Shown here piece after piece: positions 1-8,867 of a stretch of DNA of 64,000 bases (positions within the stretch are counted from its first letter, which is position 1; each line of letters begins with the position of its first letter). The notes under the pieces were generated by a model that saw only the letters and a list, made by a program, of their open reading frames with translations, ran no database searches and was not told the DNA's origin. The stretch is from an uncultured Eubacteriales bacterium. GTDB taxonomy: Bacteria > Acidobacteriota > Aminicenantia > Aminicenantales > CALLJL01. The stretch is from contig CAZVIN010000004.1 of assembly GCA_964627255.1 (NCBI GenBank), positions 504 to 64,503 of the forward strand, in the 5' to 3' direction. Position numbers and translations under genes: made by a program.

Positions 1-580
1 CATTTCTGATGCTCACCAGGGAATCCAGGCGGCGATAAAGAAGGAGTGGTTAGGGTCCTGCTGGCAGCGGTGTAAGGTTCATTTTATGAGAAACATTCTG
101 GTTAAAGTGGCCCATCGGGATAAGGCTCGCCTGGCCGAGAAGATAAAACAGATCTGGCTTCAGCCGGATAGACGAAGTGCCGAGAGATTAGCCAAGCTTA
201 TCATCGAGGAGTATGAGGCGAAGTATCCTGAGGCGATGCGCTGCCTGGAGGAAGGACTCGAAGATTCGCTGCAGTTTTATAATTTTCCGGAGATAGATAA
301 GCGCCGCATCTCATCGACCAATGTGCTGGAAAGGACGAATCGCGAGATAAGGCGGCGGAGCCGAGTGGTGGGAGTTTTTCCTTCGGTTGAATCTTATCTT
401 CGTCTGGTTACTTGCTATCTCATTGAATACATGGAAGACTGGGCCAACGATTATGCTTACATCAAAGCTGATAAGCTGGGTCCGATATTAGAGCAAGAAG
501 AAATGCTTGCTGCTAACTAAGGGTGAAATGAGGGGGAGTTTACGATGGCAAAATTGCGAACAAAATTTGACACGACCTAA
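1..580 (+). mobile_element. Right-hand part of an IS256-family insertion sequence, with the right terminus around 577-580.
   Basis: Transposase 3' end followed by a terminal motif GATGGCAAAATTGCGAACAAAATTTGACACGACC at 544-577. The same terminus recurs at ~3171-3203 and ~48780-48812. Confidence 0.6.
2..520 (+). CDS. IS256-family (Mutator-type) transposase, 5'-truncated by the window edge (C-terminal ~173 aa).
   Basis: The frame is open from nt 2 and reads ISDAHQGIQAAIKKEWLGSCWQRCKVHFMRNILVKV..., the C-terminal half of an IS256 transposase. It ends with TAA at 518-520. Confidence 0.75.
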   Translation: MSDAHQGIQAAIKKEWLGSCWQRCKVHFMRNILVKVAHRDKARLAEKIKQIWLQPDRRSAERLAKLIIEEYEAKYPEAMRCLEEGLEDSLQFYNFPEIDKRRISSTNVLERTNREIRRRSRVVGVFPSVESYLRLVTCYLIEYMEDWANDYAYIKADKLGPILEQEEMLAAN

Positions 581-994
581 CTAAAGCCACAATAGCTTTA
601 TTAGATGATATGAAGGATATCAAGAATTTTATTTTAAGTTCAGGCTGCGACATACCGATGGAAACCCCTCTGGAGAATATAGAAGCATTCATGACGGCGG
701 GTTGAAAAGGTGGAATAAACCCATTGCCTATTATCTAAGTCAACTAATTAGAGTTAATTAAAACTCATTTTGTAGCATTAACATTAATTTTTCTAACCTC
801 GTTAACAAATTTCATTCGGCCTGAAAATAAATAATAAATTTTGATTAATAAAAAGACAAAAAAATCACCATTATTAAATTGATTATTTCTTTCAGTATCA
901 TCAATCCGCCTAATTCCATAGAATCAACCCCTTAAATCCGGATCTTTTAAAAATAGTCCCCTTCTTTGGTGAGTTATCCTAAAGGGATGAGAAG

Positions 995-2116
995 CTATTG
1001 CCAGCCCAGCTCATAACCTGTTTTATAAAGTTCAATTATATTCTCAACCGGAGTAACAGGCTGAATATTATGACAGGGGGCAAGAATATACCCGCCTCCC
1101 TCACCCAAAATCCGGATGTTTTCTTCAACCTCTTGCCGCACTTCTTCAACTGTCCCAAAAGGCAGGGTATATTGATTATCCATACCTCCGTGAAATATAA
1201 CTTTATCACCAAAATCTCTTCTCAATCCCTCCCGCTCCATCCCGGGGCAACGCCATTGAATAGGATTAAGAATGTCAATACCTGCCTCGATCAACGTCGG
1301 CAAGATGCGGCGAATAGCTCCATCGTCATGATGAAAAACATAAGCCAATGCCTCATGAGAAAGATCAATCATTCGCTTCATCCCGGGAATTAAGAACTCC
1401 TTAATATCGGCTTCTGAAATCATCAGGTCATTCTGGCCACCCAGGTCTTCGGCTACGTAGGTTAGCATCACTTGTCCAGGAATGGTTTCGAGAATGCGCC
1501 TGGTAATTTCGTAAGCAAGGTCAAAAAGCTTATCAAGACAATAATGAACCATCTCCGGGTTTTCTTTCAAGTCTATGAAAGCTTGTTCCTGACCACGAAG
1601 ATCTTTATATATTAGAAAAGGTTCAGAACCCCCTCCCTGGATGGGATAGGCCTCACGGCCCTTTATCTGATTTGGCAGGACAGAATAGTCCCACCAATCA
1701 GGGCTGGGCCACCGATAATTTTGCTCAATCTCGGCAATCGTCTGAAATTTTGCCAGGGGACTATTGACGCATTCCTCATAAACTCCAGTCCCATAATCTA
1801 TGTATTGAAATTTTCTACCGAAAACATCAAAGCCTTTTGGAAGGCTGGGCCCGATGTAGGGGAGCAATAAAAAATCTGTAGCGGAAACCATTGTCCCGGG
1901 CGGGCCAGGTGATTTCAGCATAAGAGGTTCAATTTTAACCACGAAATCAATGTGTAATTTTTCCAGTGCTTCTTGCTTACTATTACATCCCAAATGCTTC
2001 ATGAGCTTAAGAGTAGCCTCGTCAGTTCCCCAATAGTCCATAGGTATCCTATCCGGTTTTTGACGCTTGATCACCGCTAACCAGCGCTCCCGGGGTGACA
2101 TGCTTTCTTTAGGCAT
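995..2116 (-). CDS. Uroporphyrinogen decarboxylase (URO-D) family protein, MtaA/UroD-like methyltransferase or decarboxylase.
   Basis: 373-aa ORF with URO-D-like features: ...MDYWGTDEATLKLMKHLG..., FHHDDGAIRRILPTLIEAGIDILNPIQW, ILAPCHNIQ. Confidence 0.6.
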   Translation of the reverse strand: MPKESMSPRERWLAVIKRQKPDRIPMDYWGTDEATLKLMKHLGCNSKQEALEKLHIDFVVKIEPLMLKSPGPPGTMVSATDFLLLPYIGPSLPKGFDVFGRKFQYIDYGTGVYEECVNSPLAKFQTIAEIEQNYRWPSPDWWDYSVLPNQIKGREAYPIQGGGSEPFLIYKDLRGQEQAFIDLKENPEMVHYCLDKLFDLAYEITRRILETIPGQVMLTYVAEDLGGQNDLMISEADIKEFLIPGMKRMIDLSHEALAYVFHHDDGAIRRILPTLIEAGIDILNPIQWRCPGMEREGLRRDFGDKVIFHGGMDNQYTLPFGTVEEVRQEVEENIRILGEGGGYILAPCHNIQPVTPVENIIELYKTGYELGWQ

Positions 2117-2433
2117 TTATAAATCCTCACTTTGTTAATAAAATAATGTTTTTTTTATCAATATCCTAAAATAAATTGTTTACCTGAGTCAATACTACGA
2201 CGGCTCATTCGTCAAAATCGTGGTGATTAAAATGCGTAGATGAGGTAAGAATGCCTCGATAATAAATAATTTAGGAAAGGAATTAACCTACCATAATAAG
2301 CTTCAGAAATTTCATCCTGAGAATTTTTCCCTTACAAGATTATGAATTGACACAGTCATGTCTTCGGCTAAAAAGTTTTTTGTTTAGTTAGGGCTACCGA
2401 TTTATTAAGATTATTATCGTTAACAACTGGTCA

Positions 2434-2774
2434 TTGAAGAGACAGAAAAAAATGACTGAATTTACCCTAAAAGTAAAAGCCGAGAAAAAGCTTCTTCAGA
2501 TTAAAGCAGGTGAAGGTGAGCTTCTTTCTGAAGCCCTGCTCGAGGGTGGGGTTCCGTTGCGCTACTGCCAGGGCCGCGGAGTTTGCGGTCAGTGTTTTGT
2601 CAGAATAGTTGCCGGCCATTGACCTGAAGAACCTCAAGCTGAAAAAGAATTGGGAAAAAGGGAAAAACTTCCCGCCAATTATCGCTGACCTGCCAATTGC
2701 GGTTTTCTGAACCACTCGTAGTTGAATTACCTCCCACCCTTTTACTTCGCCAAGAATTGTTTCGGCAGCCATAA
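2434..2774 (+). pseudogene. 2Fe-2S ferredoxin (adrenodoxin/putidaredoxin-type CX5CX2C...C) disrupted by an in-frame TGA (2620-2622) and a -1 frameshift near 2683.
   Basis: The N-terminal part carries CQGRGVCGQC. After the TGA the frame continues PEEPQAEKELGKREKLPANYR, and after a -1 shift LTCQLRFSEPLVVELPP supplies the expected fourth Cys. TGA is a genuine stop elsewhere in the window. Confidence 0.5.
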
Positions 2775-2877
2775 CCAGGCAAGAAAAAGCTAAGCAGCCT
2801 TCCTGATTTTAATCCTCTGGTAAAAAATATGTCATCAATCTCTCAGGTCTAATAGATAAAAACATAGAAAGAATAAG

Positions 2878-3203
2878 CGCGTGGCTTGAGGATTCGCTCG
2901 AGTTTATAATTTTCCGGAGATAGATAAACGCCGGATTTCATCGACGAATGTGCTGGAAAGGATTATTAGCAAGATAAGGCGGCGGAGTCGGGTGGTAGGA
3001 GTTTTTTCTTCGTTTGAGTCTTACCTTCGCCCGGTTATTTCCTACCTCATTGAATACATGGAAGACTGGGCCAATGATTACGCCTAATCAAAGCTGATAA
3101 GCTGGGTCCCATATTGGAGCAAGAACAGATTTTAGCGGCTAATTAGGAGCTAAAAATGGTGAGCTTACGATGGCCATTTTGCCAACAAAATTTGACACGA
3201 CCC
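2878..3203 (+). mobile_element. Decayed 3' remnant of the same IS256-family element (transposase C-terminus pseudogene plus right terminus).
   Basis: Aligns base by base with 250-577 of copy 1 at roughly 85-90% identity, with indels and stops. It ends with ...GCCAACAAAATTTGACACGACCC. Confidence 0.65.
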
Positions 3204-3343
3204 ACGATATTAAATAAACCCTAATAAATTTTATGATAGATAATTCTTTTTTTTATTTTCTCATTTTCAAGACTAATTGAACTTTGCCAGATTTTGAAGC
3301 CGGAGGTCACGCCTTCTCTTCTAATTCTAAATATCCAATGGGA

Positions 3344-3376
3344 AGCAGGGGAGGGGGAACCCTCCCCTGCCTTTTC
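3344..3376. terminator. Strong GC hairpin (GCAGGGGAGGGGG-AA-CCCTCCCCTGC) followed by a T-run; a likely intrinsic terminator, possibly bidirectional.
   Basis: Perfect 11-13 bp GC-rich stem seen directly. TTTT follows on the + strand. It lies 18 nt downstream of the minus-strand OMP gene stop. Confidence 0.5.
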
Positions 3377-3387
3377 ATATAATGGAT

Positions 3388-6300
3388 CTAGAACTTATAA
3401 ATAGCTGAGAACCTTATTTCCCGATATCCCGAAAACCCTTTTAACCCCAAGGAAGTTGGGCTAAAAGTTCCCTGAGCGGTATTTTCATCAACTGGCCGCC
3501 ATGTTCCTGCTGGATTCTTAGATACATTCAGTGTATAGGCACCGAGTAAATTAAAAACATCCACATAAAATCCAAAATTACCGGGTCCAATTTTGAAAGT
3601 CTTCTCAAACCTGATATCAATATTATCAGTGGCTTCGTTTCGACGGTTTCCTCGCGGTTCTACATTAATGGAGTACGAAATAGTTTTGGCATTATGCGCA
3701 TTAGCCCATTGACTTGGCGGAATCACTGTGACCGTTCTGTTCCATGGAGTACCATCTATGTGCTGGTAGAAAAATGAAAAAATTATCTGATAAGGAAGAA
3801 CAAAGGTTCCATAAAGCTTTATTATTATCGGCCGGCTCCAGTTCAATTCCCCATAACCATTAACAAAACCGTTGGGAGTGGCAAGAGTTTGCCTACTATA
3901 CATCTCAGACCAACCTATCGGGAAATTACCAACGGATTTCAAAAAGTTAATGGAACCACCAACCATCCAGCCTTTGAACATCCTTTTATTAAAGAAAATC
4001 TCAAAAGAACGGCTTTTCCAGCGAGCCTCAGGGACATTGGTCAGACGATAAAACAAATCAGGCGCATTTTTGGAAAGGAAATACATGGTTACTTTTGATT
4101 CTGGAAACATGCCATAGGCTGGAACTGTAGTGGTAAAAGGAACCCACCATTCTGGTGCTTTTTCGTAAGTGTTCCAGTAGCGATTGCTTTGCATATCCCA
4201 AAGCACGCTATCTAATATATTACTACGTTTTTTAAAGATATAACCAGCGCCCACCTTGAAATTTTCCAGCAATTCGTGCTCCAGGCCTATATTAAATTCG
4301 TCAACGGAAGTAGGCTTGGCATCAGGATCAATGGCTTTTAGATACGTCTCTCCAACCATTGCTAAAGGATTCGCGCCATAAGCCTCTTTATACTGGTCCA
4401 CAGGAGGCGGATCTGGAATTCTGTTATTATTGAGATCCCACCAGTTAAAAGTAAATGATCGGTAGGTCAAGGGATACATACCGGAAAAGGTTCCAGTTGG
4501 GAAGGGCTCTGCTTGATGGCTAAAAGAACCTTTTAAAGCTGTTTTGTGATTACCAAAAACGTCAAAAGTTATTCCAAAACGGGGGGAAATGAAAACACCA
4601 TACGGAAACGCGTTATCCCAGGTAGGATAACTAATTTCGTCATAGGGATTGATACCATAAACAGGCTTAAAGTAGGTTTCTCCGATGGCAATAGAAAGAG
4701 GATCGCCGGCTGCTCCTTTTTTTCTTCCAGGAACCCAGGTATCAATCGTATCAACTCTGACCCCAGCGCTTATTGTTAGCCTCTTTATCGTGAACATATC
4801 CTGAATAAATCCGCCAAACCGTGAAGTTCTTCCAGTTTGGTAGCTCTCTCCATAAGCCTTCCCAATAGCCTGAAAGGTAAGCTGACCATCGCCATAGACT
4901 GGATCTGTTAGACCATTGTTCAGAGCTCTCCAGTAATAGGGATTCTCATTATAATAATACCACGTCATGTTCTTTTTTAAGTAAAAGCCCCAGTCGCCGC
5001 GATTCCTCTGCCACTCCAGTCCGGCTTTGAACTCGTGGTTTCCACCCAGAAAATCATCCACATATTTTGTTAATGAAACAACTATATTAAGTGAAGGTTT
5101 ATATGTCCATTGGTAGTCCACCGACCCCCACTGATAACTTGTATATCGATCAACATACATTGGGCCTTCTGGATTGGCGTCTTTGGTCGGGACGCCTGTC
5201 CATTTAAAATAGAGACCACCAATTCTCAAACTTAAAAGATTACTATTATTAATGAACCAGGTCAGTGTTCCAGCATAATTTAAACGTTTTGGGTTATTGT
5301 GGCGGTTGGCCTCATTTGTTAGGTTCCAACCACTATAATAATATGGCACATCCTGCTCACTATAATGACCCATGGCTGTCCCGCGCAAATTCTTGGCTAG
5401 TTGAAACGTAAACTTCAAATAGCCTATATAATTTGGAAACAACCTATCATAATTTTCATACTTTTTTCCAAGTATTACTGTGGGTCTAAAATCGCCCTTT
5501 CTTAATGACCTCTGATGACGGAATTCACCCATGTACCATAGCTTATCCTCAATTATAGCCCCTCCCAACGCTACTGAGGCATCATAAGAATAGACGGGAA
5601 ATGATGGCTTAGCAAGATTAAGGATATTCAGATCTTCTTCTCTAAGATGAACCTTACTCAACTTTTCATTTGTGTAATAAAAGGATAACTCACCTGTCAA
5701 TTTGTTACCACCAGATTTCATTACTATGTTAATTTGTCCAAATGGAGAACTATAATATTCTGCAGGAGCGCCAGAAGTAACAATTTCAACTTCTTCAACC
5801 ATATCCCAGGCCATGCCTGCATCTGTACCTATAGCTGGTGCATTCTGATCTGGGTCATTTGATATAACACCTTCCACAGCAACCCCCGCATCCCCACGTC
5901 CGGAACCGTAAATAGTATATTCCACTGTTCCCGGGGCAGTTCTTATCAAAGAGGCATAGCCACGGCTTAATGGCAATGACTGTAATTCTTCTTTAGATAC
6001 GATATTTGCTTTAACCGACTTTACCACATCAACTACAGGCGAAGGAGCAATCACCGTGATTTCTTCTTTTAGAGTAGAAGGTTTCATCTCAATTTCTATC
6101 GTAACTACTGCCCCCACATTGACGATAATGCCTTTCCTCACTACGGTTTCGAAACCTTGAAGCTCGGCCCTCACCTCGTAATCACGGCCAGGAGGCAAAC
6201 CAGGCAGTCTGAAGAATCCGTCCTCTTTTGTTACAGCGGTTATTTTTCCCTGCAATGCGGGCCCAGTAACACTAATTGAAACACCAGGAAGAGCCTGGCC

Positions 6301-6420
6301 ATTTTCATCAACTACCTTGCCTCTTATTGCACCAGTCTGTAATTCCTGAGCGCTAAGGGAGAGACCCAATAAAACCAAAAAACCAATCAAGAGAAACAAG
6401 AACTTTCTTTTAGGCTTCAT
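3388..6420 (-). CDS. Outer-membrane beta-barrel protein with a signal peptide and an N-terminal carboxypeptidase-regulatory-like domain (TonB-dependent-receptor-like).
   Basis: 1010 aa. N-terminal signal MKPKRKFLFLLIGFLVLLGLSLSA. QGKITAV...GFFRLPGLPPG is CarbopepD_reg-like. Long Tyr/Gly/Asn-rich beta-strand region, and the C-terminal aromatic ...AIYKF is typical of OM barrels. Confidence 0.6.
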   Translation of the reverse strand: MKPKRKFLFLLIGFLVLLGLSLSAQELQTGAIRGKVVDENGQALPGVSISVTGPALQGKITAVTKEDGFFRLPGLPPGRDYEVRAELQGFETVVRKGIIVNVGAVVTIEIEMKPSTLKEEITVIAPSPVVDVVKSVKANIVSKEELQSLPLSRGYASLIRTAPGTVEYTIYGSGRGDAGVAVEGVISNDPDQNAPAIGTDAGMAWDMVEEVEIVTSGAPAEYYSSPFGQINIVMKSGGNKLTGELSFYYTNEKLSKVHLREEDLNILNLAKPSFPVYSYDASVALGGAIIEDKLWYMGEFRHQRSLRKGDFRPTVILGKKYENYDRLFPNYIGYLKFTFQLAKNLRGTAMGHYSEQDVPYYYSGWNLTNEANRHNNPKRLNYAGTLTWFINNSNLLSLRIGGLYFKWTGVPTKDANPEGPMYVDRYTSYQWGSVDYQWTYKPSLNIVVSLTKYVDDFLGGNHEFKAGLEWQRNRGDWGFYLKKNMTWYYYNENPYYWRALNNGLTDPVYGDGQLTFQAIGKAYGESYQTGRTSRFGGFIQDMFTIKRLTISAGVRVDTIDTWVPGRKKGAAGDPLSIAIGETYFKPVYGINPYDEISYPTWDNAFPYGVFISPRFGITFDVFGNHKTALKGSFSHQAEPFPTGTFSGMYPLTYRSFTFNWWDLNNNRIPDPPPVDQYKEAYGANPLAMVGETYLKAIDPDAKPTSVDEFNIGLEHELLENFKVGAGYIFKKRSNILDSVLWDMQSNRYWNTYEKAPEWWVPFTTTVPAYGMFPESKVTMYFLSKNAPDLFYRLTNVPEARWKSRSFEIFFNKRMFKGWMVGGSINFLKSVGNFPIGWSEMYSRQTLATPNGFVNGYGELNWSRPIIIKLYGTFVLPYQIIFSFFYQHIDGTPWNRTVTVIPPSQWANAHNAKTISYSINVEPRGNRRNEATDNIDIRFEKTFKIGPGNFGFYVDVFNLLGAYTLNVSKNPAGTWRPVDENTAQGTFSPTSLGLKGFSGYREIRFSAIYKF

Positions 6421-6624
6421 GCGTCGCTCCTTTTTTATTTTGAATCTTACTTTATAAAATTAAGAAAATAAAAAAAATTTGTCAAGTACTTTTTTGTCCG
6501 CTTGACTTTAGCCCAATTGTTCATAAACTAAGAAATGATCACTTTCACAATTATAAATTTCTTTTTTTTTTTAGCCAAATGGTTATAAATATTAAAAAAA
6601 CTTATTATTAAAAGGAGAACTAAG

Positions 6625-8757
6625 ATGTTTAAAAAGATTATCTTTATATTTTCTTTATCTTTTTTTCTAATTCCATCCTTTGCCCAGGAACCAAAAATCC
6701 ACTGGAATTTTGAAAAAATAGAGGGGATAAGAACCAAACAGACCTTGAAAGCAAATTTTAATCCTGAGATGAGCCCCCCTGTTGCTTATGTTGTTAACGG
6801 AAAAACCCTGGAAGCGATAAATAGGAAATGGGATTCTCTGGAAGGCAATTTTGCCGTCGCCGGAGGCATCAAAGGCCAGGGATTAAGGCTGGATGGCTTT
6901 ACCACCTGCCTCCGATCCGCAGAAACTTCCCCGCCTAATATCAAAGATGAAATAACAGTAGAAGCCTGGGTGGCCCTGGGCGAATATCCTTTAAACTGGT
7001 GCCCAATTCTTACTACTGAAACCACTCAAGTCGATGGTTACCGTTTGATGGTAGGTCCCTATGGCCAGGTCTCCATGGAGGTGGCTATTGATGGTCAGTG
7101 GCGCTCCGCCACCACCGAAAGAGAATCCATTCCCCTGAGAAAATGGATGCATATTGTTGGCACTTATAAAGCTAATTCTGAGCTTAAGGTCTATGTGAAT
7201 GGAGAACTGCGGGCCAGCTCACCAATCATCGGCCAGATGAAAAATCCCAAAGGAAATTTCTTATTGGGAATGGTAGCTTCGCCGTCAAAGCCATCTGATA
7301 TTGTCAGCGAATATGGAACTCTGCCTGATTATTTTGGGCTCGAAGGAATAATAGATGAATTAAAAGTTTATGATGAGGAGTTATCTGCCGATAAAATCAG
7401 AGTGAACTATCAACAAGCCAAAATAGTTCCTCCTGAATTGCAGCCTAAGAGGCTTCCTCGTCTTGAGAATAATCCAGAGAAATTCGGTGCCTTTTATACT
7501 ACCCTGAAATACTATCCGGCCTGGGATAATCTCTGGCCTGTGGGTGAACATGCTGATGTAGTTGTGACCTTCGACAAATCTCCGGTTAAGCTGATTTTCT
7601 GGCGAGGTACCCGTTACAGCCCGGCCTGGGTCTCAGAAAATGAGCTCTGGATGGCTGACCAGAGTGTGGAAGCCTGGAATGATGAGGAAGGATGTTTTGA
7701 ACACATGCAGGACAGACACTGCCGCTTATCGAGCGTCAGAATAATTGAGAATAATGATGCCCGAATAGTTGTTCACTGGAGATATGCGCCAGTCAGCGCC
7801 TATGAACATACCTGGAGAAGGGACCCTAAAACTGGCTGGGAAGTCTGGGTGGATGAATACTATTACGTTTATCCAGACCAGACCGCTATCAGAAAAGTTT
7901 CCTGGAAAAAGGATACCCTGGGGGTCCCCAGACAATTTCAGGAATCTGAAGTATTGCTCCAGCCGGGGCAAAAGGTATGTGAGGTGGTGGAAAAGGATTT
8001 TGTTACAGTAGGCGATTATAAAGGGAATAAGAAAAATGTCTCTTTTGTGGAAGACCCGCGCCAGCCTCCTTACGGGCCCTTTAGCTGGGATAAGTTTTTT
8101 GACTACACCATCCAGCAGTTCAATTTTAAGGCAAAAAACAAACCTTTTATCTGCTTTGAACCAGGGAATAAGATGTGGCTGCGCTATGAAAACCTGAATG
8201 GATATTGTCTTCATACTGGCTGCAACCACTGGCCAGCGGGGCAGGCCAGGTGTGATGGCCGATGCGATGGCCGAAGTGGAGCAATGTTTGACCGGCCTTC
8301 CCACACCATAGGCTTTCCTATTTCTGACCCGGTAATTCATGAGACAGGAGGTCGAGAATTCTGGTCGGGATTATATGGAATGAATGAGATGGACATCAAC
8401 GATTTAGTAAAATTCGGCCGGTCCTGGGCCTATCCGGCCGAACTGGTAATCCAGAGCGACGACTTTAAATCAGAAGGCTATGATAAAAGTGAAAGATGCT
8501 ATAAGATTTATAACACCAGCCAGAAGCCCAAAGACTTAATCATCAGCTTGAAAGGTTCAAAAAATTCACCACTATTCAATCCGGCCATTTACGTAAAAAA
8601 CTGGAATTTACCGGGAGCTAAGGTATTGGTGAATAATAAACAGATTGAAGGCTGCAAGGTGGGGATAAATAAGACCTTAGAAGGAATAGACCTTGTTCTG
8701 TTTGTGCCCATAAATTCTGAATCTGAAGTTCAGATGAAAATCGAACCCGATAAGTGA
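6625..8757 (+). CDS. Secreted protein with an N-terminal LamG/concanavalin-A-like domain and a large uncharacterized C-terminal module. Paralog of 18883-21006.
   Basis: Signal peptide ...IPSFA/QEP. LamG-like stretch DGFTTCLRS...VEAWVALGEYPLNWCPIL. The C-terminal module carries HMQDRHCR and HTGCNHWPAGQARCDGR motifs shared with the paralog. Confidence 0.5.
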   Translation: MFKKIIFIFSLSFFLIPSFAQEPKIHWNFEKIEGIRTKQTLKANFNPEMSPPVAYVVNGKTLEAINRKWDSLEGNFAVAGGIKGQGLRLDGFTTCLRSAETSPPNIKDEITVEAWVALGEYPLNWCPILTTETTQVDGYRLMVGPYGQVSMEVAIDGQWRSATTERESIPLRKWMHIVGTYKANSELKVYVNGELRASSPIIGQMKNPKGNFLLGMVASPSKPSDIVSEYGTLPDYFGLEGIIDELKVYDEELSADKIRVNYQQAKIVPPELQPKRLPRLENNPEKFGAFYTTLKYYPAWDNLWPVGEHADVVVTFDKSPVKLIFWRGTRYSPAWVSENELWMADQSVEAWNDEEGCFEHMQDRHCRLSSVRIIENNDARIVVHWRYAPVSAYEHTWRRDPKTGWEVWVDEYYYVYPDQTAIRKVSWKKDTLGVPRQFQESEVLLQPGQKVCEVVEKDFVTVGDYKGNKKNVSFVEDPRQPPYGPFSWDKFFDYTIQQFNFKAKNKPFICFEPGNKMWLRYENLNGYCLHTGCNHWPAGQARCDGRCDGRSGAMFDRPSHTIGFPISDPVIHETGGREFWSGLYGMNEMDINDLVKFGRSWAYPAELVIQSDDFKSEGYDKSERCYKIYNTSQKPKDLIISLKGSKNSPLFNPAIYVKNWNLPGAKVLVNNKQIEGCKVGINKTLEGIDLVLFVPINSESEVQMKIEPDK

Positions 8758-8867
8758 TTTAAATAATTAAAGCAATTAACACTGATCAAAGAGTGTTTTT
8801 TCGCTGTATATTAAAGAATAAAATACTAACTTTGGTCTCAATAAAAACATGATACAAGGAGAAAAAA

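Noticed and set aside
998-1393. Plus-strand 131-aa ORF entirely antisense to the UroD-like gene. The same applies to other antisense or nested ORFs in the track, for example 3889-4098, 7726-8340, 9501-9845, 14741-15262, 19666-20022, 31835-32203, 35876-36217, 37297-37734, 46948-47331, 54749-55126, 59811-60368 and 63017-63319.
   Set aside because: They are embedded in the opposite strand of long, motif-supported genes and have low-complexity or atypical composition with no recognizable motifs. They are most likely six-frame artefacts.
2620-2622. Possibility that TGA is translated (selenocysteine or an alternative genetic code) in the ferredoxin-like gene.
   Set aside because: TGA terminates many confidently identified genes in the window (the LamG gene at 8755-8757, the first DUF318 permease half at 61866-68, the second half at 62369-71). 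The same gene also carries a frameshift, so pseudogenization is the simpler explanation.
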